Positions 15,783 to 24,429 of a stretch of 26,220 bases of DNA are shown here, in pieces. The translations under genes and the position numbers were made by a program. Where the stretch lies: positions 1 through 26,220 of the IMG/VR virus record IMGVR_UViG_3300044820_000032; one strand, written 5' to 3'. This stretch comes from a virus. Taxonomy: Duplodnaviria; Caudoviricetes. Numbering within the stretch: the first letter of the stretch is position 1; every line of letters starts with the position of its first letter. Under the pieces are notes generated by a model. That model did no database searches, was not told the origin of the DNA, and saw only the letters and a list, made by a program, of their open reading frames with translations.

Positions 15783-17392
15783 TGCCTCGCCCTGCTCCAC
15801 AGCGCAATCGGCTCAAGGAATTTCACCTCCCTGCGCCAATCGGTGGGGTCAATACGATCGCCTCGGGCACCGACATGCCCACGAGCGATTCGATCCTCTC
15901 GTACAATTTGATCGGCGCGGAGTACGGGTTGCGCACCCGCCTCGGGTGGCGGGAATGGTGCACGGGGCTCAACGGCGAAGAGGTACGCTCGCTCCTGCCC
16001 TTCACTGGCTCGACGAAGAACGGATCGAATAACCGGCTGTACGCGTGCACCACCAGTGGTATTTGGGACGTGAGTGGCAGCACCACGACCCCCACCAAGA
16101 TCGTCACGTTCCCCACCCAGAACAACGACAGTGGGTGGGGTGTATCGACCGTGATGGTGTCGATCGCTGGTCACTTCCTGTGCTACTGCGATGAAGCGAA
16201 CGGCTACTACGTTTACCAAGAGAGTAACAGCACCTGGACGAAGATCACGATGGGCGCAGGTGGATCTCAGGTCGCCGGAGTCGATCCAGGCCTATTTTGC
16301 TTCGTCTGCGCCTGGAAAAACCGCCTCTGGTTCGTCGAGCGGGACACGGGTCGCGGCTGGTATCTGGGGATTGGGGCGCTGTACGGCACGGCCACCTCAT
16401 TCACGTTCGGTAACCGATTCAAAGCGGGCGGCGATCTCCGAGGCCTGTGGAGCTGGACGTATGACGGCGGCGTGGGCACCGATGACGCCCTCGTTGCGGT
16501 CTCCGGAGGCGGGGACCTGCTGATCTACCAGGGTACCGACCCGAGCTCCGTCAGCACGTTCGGCTTGCAGGGCGTCTGGTTCGTGGGTGGAGTGCCGAGC
16601 GGCAGACGGCTCTGCACTGACTTCGGCGGCGATCTGCTCGTCATGAGCTCGACGGGGATCCAGCCCCTCTCGAAGCTCGTCACCGGGACCGTGCTCTACG
16701 ATCGGTCGCAGTACCGGACTGCGAAGATCAGCAACCTCTTCAACCAGCTCCAGGCCGCCACCACGACGATCCGCGGCTGGGCAATGCGGCTTCACCCGCT
16801 CGACGCCTGCCTGCTGGTGCTGGTGCCGACCGCGACCAACCAGCCCACGCAACAGCTCGTGATGAGCCTGTCCACCCAGGGTTGGCACCAGTACCGCGAC
16901 ATGCCAATGGGCGTTTGCGCGGAGGCCTGGGGCGGACTCCTATACTTCGGCACGCCTGATGGCCGCGTGTGCATCAACGACGGGTACACGGATGGTCGGA
17001 CGCTTGCGGCGCCTTCGGCGTCCACGCCGATTCAGTGGTCGCTACTGTCGGCCTACTCGAACCTTGGGTCACCGCGGAAGAAGCGCGTCCAGATCATCCG
17101 GCCGCGCGTGTTGTCGCAAGGCGGCGCGATCGTATTCCAGGCTACGGCTCGCTATGGCTGGGACATGTCGGAGATCGGGCCAGTGAGCGGGGTGGGCATC
17201 TCCAGTGGAGCAGCCTGGGATTCGGCGAGGTGGGACCAGTCGGTGTGGGGTGGGCAGTACCAGCCGCAATCGGCGATCTTCGGGGGCGCGGGGTGCGCTT
17301 CTGAGGTCGCGATCGCAATCCGCGGCTCAAGCACGTCTCGCATGACGTTGACCGGCGTCGACGTGGCGTACGACCAGGGAGGGCTACTTTGA
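15782..17392 (+). CDS. Tail nozzle / packaged-DNA stabilization protein (P22 gp10 / tail tubular B-like)
   Basis: 536 aa, beta-rich; LPAPIGGVN, KNRLWFVE, YQGTDPSS, FGGDLLVMS, and an aromatic WDxAxWD tail; TAATG coupling. Confidence 0.78.
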   Translation: MPRPAPQRNRLKEFHLPAPIGGVNTIASGTDMPTSDSILSYNLIGAEYGLRTRLGWREWCTGLNGEEVRSLLPFTGSTKNGSNNRLYACTTSGIWDVSGSTTTPTKIVTFPTQNNDSGWGVSTVMVSIAGHFLCYCDEANGYYVYQESNSTWTKITMGAGGSQVAGVDPGLFCFVCAWKNRLWFVERDTGRGWYLGIGALYGTATSFTFGNRFKAGGDLRGLWSWTYDGGVGTDDALVAVSGGGDLLIYQGTDPSSVSTFGLQGVWFVGGVPSGRRLCTDFGGDLLVMSSTGIQPLSKLVTGTVLYDRSQYRTAKISNLFNQLQAATTTIRGWAMRLHPLDACLLVLVPTATNQPTQQLVMSLSTQGWHQYRDMPMGVCAEAWGGLLYFGTPDGRVCINDGYTDGRTLAAPSASTPIQWSLLSAYSNLGSPRKKRVQIIRPRVLSQGGAIVFQATARYGWDMSEIGPVSGVGISSGAAWDSARWDQSVWGGQYQPQSAIFGGAGCASEVAIAIRGSSTSRMTLTGVDVAYDQGGLL

Positions 17393-17799
17393 TGGTCACC
17401 GTCCAACCCGCTCCCGCTGCCCACTACCCTTGGCTCGCTCAGCGGGCGCACCTGATCGTCGGGTCTCAGTTCCGGGCGATCGAAGCGATCGATGGCGCTG
17501 GCCGGATCGTCGCGATGGTCGGATACGATGGCTGGACAGAGTCTGCCGTCAGCATGCACGTCACGCTCGAGTACCCGGCAGCGCTTCGGCGCATCCTTCG
17601 CCCCGCCTTCGGGATCCCCTTCGTCGAGCTCGGCAAGAAGCTTGTCCTCTGCCAGGTACTCTCCACGAATGCGCAGTCCCTGGCCCTGGTGAAGGGGGTC
17701 GGATTCCGTCAGGTGTACCGCGGTCGCGATTGGTGGGCTGATGGTGTGGACCTCGTCTTCTTCGAGATGAGAAAGAAGGATTGCCGATGGGTGGAGTAA
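17392..17799 (+). CDS. GNAT-fold (acetyltransferase-like) protein of the podovirus tail module
   Basis: VAMVGYDGW...MHV...AFGIPFVELG...NAQSLALVKGVGF matches the GNAT C-terminal N-x-x-S-x-x-L-x-x-x-x-G-F motif; typical position between nozzle and ejection genes. Confidence 0.72.
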   Translation: MVTVQPAPAAHYPWLAQRAHLIVGSQFRAIEAIDGAGRIVAMVGYDGWTESAVSMHVTLEYPAALRRILRPAFGIPFVELGKKLVLCQVLSTNAQSLALVKGVGFRQVYRGRDWWADGVDLVFFEMRKKDCRWVE

Positions 17800-18536
17800 C
17801 TAGCGGTAAAAGCAGTTCTTCTGCGTCCCCCGACTTCAATAAGGCGGCGGAAAAACAATCCGCCTCATCCCAACAGGCGGTGGATCAACAGACCACTGCT
17901 AATCGAGCAAATCAGACGAACGCCTTAGGCGCTACGACGAACTGGACGCAAGGCGCGAATGGTCAATGGAGCCAGAATTCCAGCCTTGGAGGTCAACTCG
18001 GGACCGCGGCATCTAACCTGGAGAACCAGGTTGCCGCGAACTCTGGTCAGTCGGCTATGACTGGCGACCAGGCCAGAGACCAGGCGATCACGGGGGCCTA
18101 TAATCAGGCCACCTCCCGGCTCGATCCGCAGTGGTCGCAGACCGAGGAGTCGACCAAGGCGCAACTCGCAAACCAAGGGCTCGACCCGGACAGCCAGGCC
18201 TATCAAAACCAAATGGGCAACCTGAGTCGGCAGAAGAACGACGCCTACTCGAGCGCGATGAACAGCGCGATCGGCCAAGGAACCTCGGCACAGCAAGCCA
18301 CGTTCAGCGAAAACCAGTCCGCCCAGAACCAGCCATACCAACAACTGCAGGCACTCCAGGGAATGAGCGGACAGTCAAGCTACAATCAGGCCGGGCAGGC
18401 CCAGGGAACGCAGTACCTGACCGCAGCACAAGACCAGTACCAGGGCCAGCAGAATCAGAACGCCCAACAGCAGGGCGGGAAGAATTCGCTGATGTCGGGG
18501 ATCGGCGGCGTAGCGGGTATGGCGGCAATGCTGTAA
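17787..18536 (+). CDS. Putative DNA pilot/ejection protein (P22 gp7-like), Gln/Ser/Ala/Asn-rich
   Basis: ATG 17787 after AAGGA; MGG..GKSS...PDF..AA..Q N-terminus and Gly-rich hydrophobic C-terminus LMSGIGGVAGMAAML. Confidence 0.68.
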   Translation: MGGVTSGKSSSSASPDFNKAAEKQSASSQQAVDQQTTANRANQTNALGATTNWTQGANGQWSQNSSLGGQLGTAASNLENQVAANSGQSAMTGDQARDQAITGAYNQATSRLDPQWSQTEESTKAQLANQGLDPDSQAYQNQMGNLSRQKNDAYSSAMNSAIGQGTSAQQATFSENQSAQNQPYQQLQALQGMSGQSSYNQAGQAQGTQYLTAAQDQYQGQQNQNAQQQGGKNSLMSGIGGVAGMAAML

Positions 18537-18548
18537 CCGGAGGTAAAA

Positions 18549-18941
18549 ATGGCAAACGGAAACGACGACCTTTACCAACTCCTCCAGTACATCGAGGCCA
18601 CGAATCCGGGCGCTCTGGATCAGATGATCCAGGGAGGCCAAGCACCGGAACAGATGCAGCTTCAGGCGCAGCAGGCGAAGCGCGGCTCGAGCCTCGCTGA
18701 CACCCAGCAGCCCCAGGGTATGCACGTGGGTGGGACTTACATCGCGAGTTCTCCACTCGAGCACCTCGCGGCGGCACTTCGGCAAGGGAAAGGCCTCTCG
18801 ATGGAGAACCAGGCCGCGCAGGCGCAGCAACAGGCCCTCCAGCAGCAGGGAGCGGGTCGCCTGGCCTACCTGAGGGGAATCGCAGGGCAAGGGCAGCAGG
18901 ACCAGCCGAGCGCGGCCGCGGGCACGGGCGGCGAGTTCTGA
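18549..18941 (+). CDS. Putative internal virion protein
   Basis: GGAGGT RBS; Gln/Ala-rich with QGMHVGGTYIASSPLEHLA; lies in the ejection cluster. Confidence 0.62.
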   Translation: MANGNDDLYQLLQYIEATNPGALDQMIQGGQAPEQMQLQAQQAKRGSSLADTQQPQGMHVGGTYIASSPLEHLAAALRQGKGLSMENQAAQAQQQALQQQGAGRLAYLRGIAGQGQQDQPSAAAGTGGEF

Positions 18942-18950
18942 GGGAGACAC

Positions 18951-20234
18951 ATGGACCTCGACTACAACGCGCTCTTTGGCTCTGACGACTCGGCGGCGCA
19001 GGCGTCGGCCTCTCAGCTCGCGCAGGCGCTCCGCCAGCGGCGCGCGGCGGGACAGCTCGGCCTCGCGACGGGGGACTTGGCCAACGCGGCGCTTGGCCAA
19101 GAGATGGCCGGCAACGCCGACAAGATGGAGCAGGGGTTGATCGGCGCCGCTCAACACCGGGCCGGGCTCGACGTCCAGCGGAAGCACCTCGCTCAACAGG
19201 CAGAGCAACTCCAGGCGATGATGGGCTACAAGACGGATCAGCTCGGTCTACGGCGAGATCAGATCGACGCGCAGAACGCCCTTCGACAGGCCCAGCTCGA
19301 CCAGAAAGCGGGCGAGCAGATCGCCAGCCATGACGCTTTTGGCAATCCGATCTTCGTGCGGAGGTTCGGAGGCGCAGGGAATGCAGCCCCACGCCAAGCG
19401 CCTACCCCTGGGGCGAATCCTGGCGCTCCTCCGGCGCAGACTCCTCCCCCTGGACCGATCGCCCCGTCCCCGGCCGGTGGCGCGCCGTCGCCTGGCGCTC
19501 CCGGCGCCGCTCCCGCTCCGGCTGGCCCTCCCCCTTCGAAGGGCATTCCGGACGGCCGCGGAGGCTACCTCCTGAATCCGCAGGCGCTCGATCAGGCCGC
19601 GGAGATGTACGCGCGGACCGCTACTCTTCCCCCTGTGGCTCAGGGGCGAGGTGGCGCCCTGATTCGCGCCGCGATCGCAAACAGAGCCGCGGAATTGCGG
19701 CCCGAAACGAACCTCGCTGGCAACAAGGCGAGCTACCACGCCGATTCCGCGTCGCAGACGAAGCTGCAGGGGATGGTCGATAACACGGACGCCTTCGAGC
19801 GTACCGCCCTCGCGAATCTGGACACGTTCCTCGGCACGGCACGCAACGTCGTCGACCGTGGGTCGCCACTGTGGAATGCAGGAGCGCGCCAGTTCGCGAC
19901 GCGGTTCGCGGGCGACCCGAAGATGGCTGCCTTCAACGCTGCGCGCCAGACGGCGGTGCAGGAGATCGGGAAAGTGCTGGGTGGCGCATCGGCTGGCGGC
20001 GCGATCTCTGACTCCGCTCGGCACGAGGTGGAGAGCCTGCTTCCCGCCGACGCGAGCCTTGCGCAGATCGAGCAGGCGGCGGCGATCCTCCGAAAGGACA
20101 TGCTGAATCGGCGCCAGTCCTACCAGCAGCAACTCCACGAGATCCAGGGTCGCGCCGGAGGCACGAGCGCAGCGCCGAAGGCGACGCATCGATTCAACCC
20201 GGACACCGGAAAGATCGAGGCGATCGGTGGCTAA
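18951..20234 (+). CDS. Putative internal virion/ejection protein with central Pro/Ala/Gly linker
   Basis: GAGGGAGA RBS; helical Ala/Gln-rich domains separated by a Pro-rich linker; position in the cluster. Confidence 0.65.
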   Translation: MDLDYNALFGSDDSAAQASASQLAQALRQRRAAGQLGLATGDLANAALGQEMAGNADKMEQGLIGAAQHRAGLDVQRKHLAQQAEQLQAMMGYKTDQLGLRRDQIDAQNALRQAQLDQKAGEQIASHDAFGNPIFVRRFGGAGNAAPRQAPTPGANPGAPPAQTPPPGPIAPSPAGGAPSPGAPGAAPAPAGPPPSKGIPDGRGGYLLNPQALDQAAEMYARTATLPPVAQGRGGALIRAAIANRAAELRPETNLAGNKASYHADSASQTKLQGMVDNTDAFERTALANLDTFLGTARNVVDRGSPLWNAGARQFATRFAGDPKMAAFNAARQTAVQEIGKVLGGASAGGAISDSARHEVESLLPADASLAQIEQAAAILRKDMLNRRQSYQQQLHEIQGRAGGTSAAPKATHRFNPDTGKIEAIGG

Positions 20235-21927
20235 AATCGTCGAAGTCCCCGGCGTGGGGAACGTCGAGTTTCCGGACAGTATGTCCGACGACGCTATCAG
20301 CGCGGCGCTCGCGCAGCCGTCGCCTGACGGCCGAATGAGCGACGCCAGCGCGGCGCAGGCGCGACAGGCCATCGGGGGCACCGTCGAGCAACTGAAAGGC
20401 CTCGACCAAAGCGAAAAGGCGCAGGCGATGGCCGAGATGAAGCGGACCGCGGCCGCGCCCGGCGAAGCTCTCCAGGACGCCGCAGGCGGCGCGTCATCGC
20501 TGTTCTCTTTCCTCCATCCCGCTCAAGCCGCGCTCGGCGCAGGCGCGAGCTACCTGGACGACGCCCTGGGGAAGGGCGACTCCTCGAGGTCTTTCGGCGA
20601 CCGCTGGAGGCAGTCCATGCAGGACATCCGGGGCCAGGTTGAGGACGCCCGCAAGCGATCGCCGATCGCGTTCACGGCCGGCTCGATTCTCCCCGCGGTC
20701 GTAGCGCCCCAGGCTCTTGCGGCCTCGATGCCGTTCTCAGGGATGGTGCAGGGCGCTGGCGTGCTCCCGACGCTGGCCCGGGGTGCTGGCGGCGTGCTGG
20801 ACTCCGCTCTGTACGGCGCCGCGAACGCGGCAGGAGCGAACGCGGACAAGGACCCGCTCGGCGCGGCCGGCGAAGCCGCGAGCTCACCCGCCAACCTGCT
20901 TGCGGGCGCCATCCCCCTGGCTCAGGTAGCGGGACAAGGGATCTCGAGGGCCGTTCCCCCGGAGCTGTCGGACTGGCTGCGCCTAAAGGCTGGCAACCGG
21001 ATCCTCAAGCAGAGCGGGGCGATCCAGAGCGACCTTACCCGCGCCCGCAAGCAGGTTGGACGGAGCGCACTCTCCGAGATCGGTGCGCAGATGGGGGATC
21101 TCGGGATCGCGAAGCCCCTCGACACGGCGCACGGCGTCTACGAACGCGCCAGCGACGTGATCGACTCGGCCGGCAACAAGATGGGCCAACTGATCAAGCA
21201 GGGCGATGCAGCGCTTGCCGCGCACCCAGGCACAGCCCCCACGCTCGGTAGCGTCGTCACCCGCGCGCGACAGGACATCCTCGCCCCGTTGGCTGCCGAT
21301 CCCCATCAGGCAGATGCGGCGGCGAAGTTCTCCAAGCTGCTGGACCGGTACGAGGGCCAGAGCTCCGCGCCGGGCTGGCAAAACATGTCTCTGTCCGATC
21401 TCCACCAGGCGCGCGTCAACGCGTCGAAGGACCTGTACGGCAACCGAGGGAACCAGGATCCCGACGCGAACGCCTACAAGGAGGCACTTCATTCCTTTCG
21501 GTCAATGCTTTCGGATGAGATTGACCAGGCGATGACGCGATCCGGTCAGGATACGGCACCATGGAAGCAGGCCAACCGTCAGTACGAGGTGGCCAGCCGA
21601 GCCCAGGAGTTCGCCGACAAGGGAATGGACCGGGCGCACGGCAACAGCCTGATCTCACCGATGGAGGCGCTTTCGGGGATGACCGGGATCCTGTCGGGCT
21701 CCATGGGGCATGGAGGCCTCGGGATTGGAGCCATTACCGGAACCGGCCTGTCGATGCTTGGGCGCCGATACGGCTCGGGGGTCCTCGGGTCCGGCGCGCT
21801 CCAGGCCTCGAACGCTCTTCGCCCCGGGCCGCAGGTGCCGATCCCCGCGTCCTCGCCCCAGTCACGTTCGATCGTCCAAGCCCTTGCAGCCGCCCTCCGC
21901 GGCGAATCCCAAAGGAATGACCAATGA
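20227..21927 (+). CDS. Putative large internal virion/ejection protein
   Basis: GTG after GAGG; N-terminal VEVPGVGNVEFPDSMSDDAI module and Gly/Ala-rich hydrophobic stretches; last gene before the fibre. Confidence 0.65.
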   Translation: MAKIVEVPGVGNVEFPDSMSDDAISAALAQPSPDGRMSDASAAQARQAIGGTVEQLKGLDQSEKAQAMAEMKRTAAAPGEALQDAAGGASSLFSFLHPAQAALGAGASYLDDALGKGDSSRSFGDRWRQSMQDIRGQVEDARKRSPIAFTAGSILPAVVAPQALAASMPFSGMVQGAGVLPTLARGAGGVLDSALYGAANAAGANADKDPLGAAGEAASSPANLLAGAIPLAQVAGQGISRAVPPELSDWLRLKAGNRILKQSGAIQSDLTRARKQVGRSALSEIGAQMGDLGIAKPLDTAHGVYERASDVIDSAGNKMGQLIKQGDAALAAHPGTAPTLGSVVTRARQDILAPLAADPHQADAAAKFSKLLDRYEGQSSAPGWQNMSLSDLHQARVNASKDLYGNRGNQDPDANAYKEALHSFRSMLSDEIDQAMTRSGQDTAPWKQANRQYEVASRAQEFADKGMDRAHGNSLISPMEALSGMTGILSGSMGHGGLGIGAITGTGLSMLGRRYGSGVLGSGALQASNALRPGPQVPIPASSPQSRSIVQALAAALRGESQRNDQ

Positions 21928-22967
21928 AAAAGATCGCCCTGGTTCTTGCTGTGCTGTTCGCCGGATTTCTCGGTGGCATCTACTCGTTCAGACCGGCCCG
22001 CGCGACCCGCAACAGCGCTGGGACCTATTCCCTGGCGACCGGGAACCCGGTCGTTACCGGGACAACGATCTCGACGACTTGGGCCAATAACACGCTCAGC
22101 GACATTGCCACCGAGATGACCAACAGTTTGGACCGGAACGGGCGGGGAGGAATGCTTGCACAGTTCGCCTCGGTAGACGGGACGCAGGCGGCGCCCGGGA
22201 TCGCCTTCGTCAACGAGACCGGAACCGGGTTCTATCGGGCCGGAACCTCCGACATGCGAATGTGCGTGAATGGCACGCCGAAGGCGGGACTGAACTCTAC
22301 GGGGTTCCGGCTGATCGATTCAAGCAGCGGGGCGAACTCCTACGGAGTCAATCTGCTGGCTCCAACTCTCGCCGCAAGCTACTCGGTGACGATGCCGACC
22401 GCGGCGCCTGCCTCGACGCTTCCCGTCAGTATGTCATCGGCGGGCGTGCTGTCGGCGGGGCAGATCACGGCGGCGCAGGTCACGAACAACACGATCACGG
22501 CGACACAGATTGCAAACAGCACGCTCACAAACGCGACCCAGGGCTTCGGGACGCCCAGTGCATCTACCGACGTGGCGATCAAAAGCTACGTCGACGGGCA
22601 ATTTCCGATCGGGAACAGCAAACAGAGCTTTGGGACTCCGAGCGCATCAACCGATGTTGCGATCAAGAGCTATGTCGACGGTCAGTCCGGGTTAGCGAGA
22701 GCGCGGGCTACGCTGATAACAGGCGGTTCCGGTACAGTCTCCGTCAACAACTCGTTCAACTTTAACAGCGCTTCCTATTCGTCGTCCACACTAACTATCT
22801 TCACGAATATAATATTGGGAACGTACCCTGTCATCGTTTGCAACGTTTCACGAATCGGAAGTCCCTCTCTGACTATCAACTCTCACGACGTGTCTGGCAG
22901 TCAGTTTCAGGTATCTCTTTCCACTACGTGGGCAAGCGGTGATTGGTTGTTCTGTGTCATATACTGA
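21924..22967 (+). CDS. Tail fibre protein with an N-terminal signal-peptide-like extension
   Basis: RNSAGTYSLATGNPVVTGTTISTTWANNTLSDIATEMTNSLDRNGRGGM resembles a podophage fibre anchor domain; DGTQAAPGIAFVNETGTGFYR repeat; two DVAIKSYVDG neck motifs; Ser/Thr-rich, lower-GC C-terminus. Confidence 0.8.
   Translation: MKKIALVLAVLFAGFLGGIYSFRPARATRNSAGTYSLATGNPVVTGTTISTTWANNTLSDIATEMTNSLDRNGRGGMLAQFASVDGTQAAPGIAFVNETGTGFYRAGTSDMRMCVNGTPKAGLNSTGFRLIDSSSGANSYGVNLLAPTLAASYSVTMPTAAPASTLPVSMSSAGVLSAGQITAAQVTNNTITATQIANSTLTNATQGFGTPSASTDVAIKSYVDGQFPIGNSKQSFGTPSASTDVAIKSYVDGQSGLARARATLITGGSGTVSVNNSFNFNSASYSSSTLTIFTNIILGTYPVIVCNVSRIGSPSLTINSHDVSGSQFQVSLSTTWASGDWLFCVIY
22539..22685 (+). repeat. Two 63-bp copies (22539-22601 and 22623-22685) encoding Q[G/S]FGTPSASTDVAIKSYVDGQ
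   Basis: Direct comparison gives 20/21 identical residues and 12 nucleotide differences. Confidence 0.92.
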
Positions 22968-22987
22968 TGGTTGAAACTGGTGAACAG

Positions 22988-23377
22988 ATGTGGACCTGGA
23001 AAATCGGACTCGGTGAGCTTTTCGACCCTCAGGGTCGCCTGTTTGCGAAAGGATACTCCGGCAAAGGGAGGGGTTTGAATAACCCGCGCATGCAGGATTG
23101 CCATGGAGAGCAGGGGAATCCTGACGCGGGTCCGATTCCTGTGGGTCAATACGCGATCTGCGCACCGGTTGACCGGCATGGCGGGTTTGCCCTCCCGCTC
23201 ATTCCGGATCCGGCGAACGAGATGCACGACCGCGGGTCGTTTCTGATTCACGGTGACCTGGTCGAAGCGGCGAAGGACCCGAACGACGCATCATTGGGTT
23301 GCGTGATCGTATCGCCCAGACTGAAACGGATCCAGATCTGGCAGTCGGAAGACCATGAACTTGAAGTAATTGGTTGA
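22988..23377 (+). CDS. Tlde1/DUF2778-like L,D-transpeptidase-fold protein, candidate endolysin
   Basis: MWTW...G...GYSG.G.G.NNP..Q....GPIP.G.Y.I...L.P...N.M..R..FLIHGD...ASLGCVI with the H-x(n)-SxGC catalytic motif. Alternative start at 22967. Confidence 0.82.
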   Translation: MWTWKIGLGELFDPQGRLFAKGYSGKGRGLNNPRMQDCHGEQGNPDAGPIPVGQYAICAPVDRHGGFALPLIPDPANEMHDRGSFLIHGDLVEAAKDPNDASLGCVIVSPRLKRIQIWQSEDHELEVIG

Positions 23378-23416
23378 CAACCGCAGTCGGCCGGGCTGCC
23401 GACAGGGAGAGAACAA

Positions 23417-23983
23417 ATGAAGCGGTCGACGTTGTGGCGCAGTCTGCTGTTGGTGACGATGATCCTTGCCCCCTGCTTCGTGTTCGCGCAGGTGGCTCCT
23501 CTGCCCGATCCGAGCGACCTCGGGACGTTCCTCGCGGCGGCGCTGAACGCGCTCCGGGGAGGTGACTGGCAGCTCGTAGCGGCGCTCGGGCTCACCGGTG
23601 CCGTGTTCGTCCTCAGGAAGTTTGGGGCGAAATGGATTCCTTGGCTCGGGACGAGCGTGGGTGGCGCTACCTTCGCCGGCCTGGTGGTGCTCCTCGGAGG
23701 CCTCGCGGCTGCGCTCGCTGCGCACCAGCCGATCACCTGGACCTTGCTCGGCACGCTGCTGGTGGCGACCTGGACGGCGGCCGGAGCTTGGACCTGGGGT
23801 CGGCGCATTTTGGCCTTGCTGGCCAAGATCCCGGGTACGATCGGGAAGCTGTTCGCGTGGGTCCTGGCGCTCCTTGGCGGCGATCCCGACTCCGAGGTGA
23901 AGGCGGCGGCTGACGCGGCGAAGACTGCTACGCCCTCGACCGCGAGCGGTATCTCGGTCGCGGCCGGTCTGGACCCGAAATGA
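23417..23983 (+). CDS. Multi-pass membrane protein, holin-like (putative)
   Basis: ACAGGGAGA RBS; signal-like N-terminus plus three or four hydrophobic helices; follows the candidate endolysin. Confidence 0.6.
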   Translation: MKRSTLWRSLLLVTMILAPCFVFAQVAPLPDPSDLGTFLAAALNALRGGDWQLVAALGLTGAVFVLRKFGAKWIPWLGTSVGGATFAGLVVLLGGLAAALAAHQPITWTLLGTLLVATWTAAGAWTWGRRILALLAKIPGTIGKLFAWVLALLGGDPDSEVKAAADAAKTATPSTASGISVAAGLDPK

Positions 23984-24429
23984 CGCGCACATTGGCGGTC
24001 CTGGCGCTTCTAGCGCCCGCACTGGCGCTCGGGGATCCACTGCCGCCACCTCCGGCCGGTGAGTACCACCTCGCCCTTCTGGCGGGGCAGGTACTCACGC
24101 TCCGGTGCGACAAGGAGCCGTGCCCGACGATCACCACCTCGGCCGATCAGACCGATCCACGTTGGGGCGGGCTCTACGTTCCGCCCGCCCTGGCGCGTTG
24201 GGACCTTGACTGGAAACACTATGTTGAGGCCGAGCGGGACGCGGCGAAGGCGTTGGCCTATGCCGCGAAGCCCCCGGGTATTCGCCTGCTCGGGATCGGA
24301 TTTGGGGTGGGGGTCGCGGCGGGCGGGACCGCTGCGGCCTACCTGGTCGGTGGTTCGGCCGGCGTCAAGGTGGCGTCAGCGGCCGGTTCCGCTGTCGTCG
24401 GCGCCATTCTGATCTACCTCCTGAGGTGA
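23980..24429 (+). CDS. Exported protein with C-terminal membrane anchor(s), possible spanin-like lysis accessory
   Basis: Signal-like MTRTLAVLALLAPALA, Pro run, CDKEPC, a short helix and Gly-rich hydrophobic C-terminal segments; ATGA coupling. Confidence 0.55.
   Translation: MTRTLAVLALLAPALALGDPLPPPPAGEYHLALLAGQVLTLRCDKEPCPTITTSADQTDPRWGGLYVPPALARWDLDWKHYVEAERDAAKALAYAAKPPGIRLLGIGFGVGVAAGGTAAAYLVGGSAGVKVASAAGSAVVGAILIYLLR

Noticed and set aside
18951-21927. Tape-measure protein
   Set aside because: There are no tail tube, tail terminator or frameshifted chaperone genes. The adaptor-nozzle-GNAT-pilot context indicates podovirus ejection proteins.
22539-22685. Tail-fibre repeat as the VR/TR pair of a diversity-generating retroelement
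   Set aside because: Differences are synonymous and not adenine-specific, both copies lie within the CDS, and no reverse transcriptase is present in the window.
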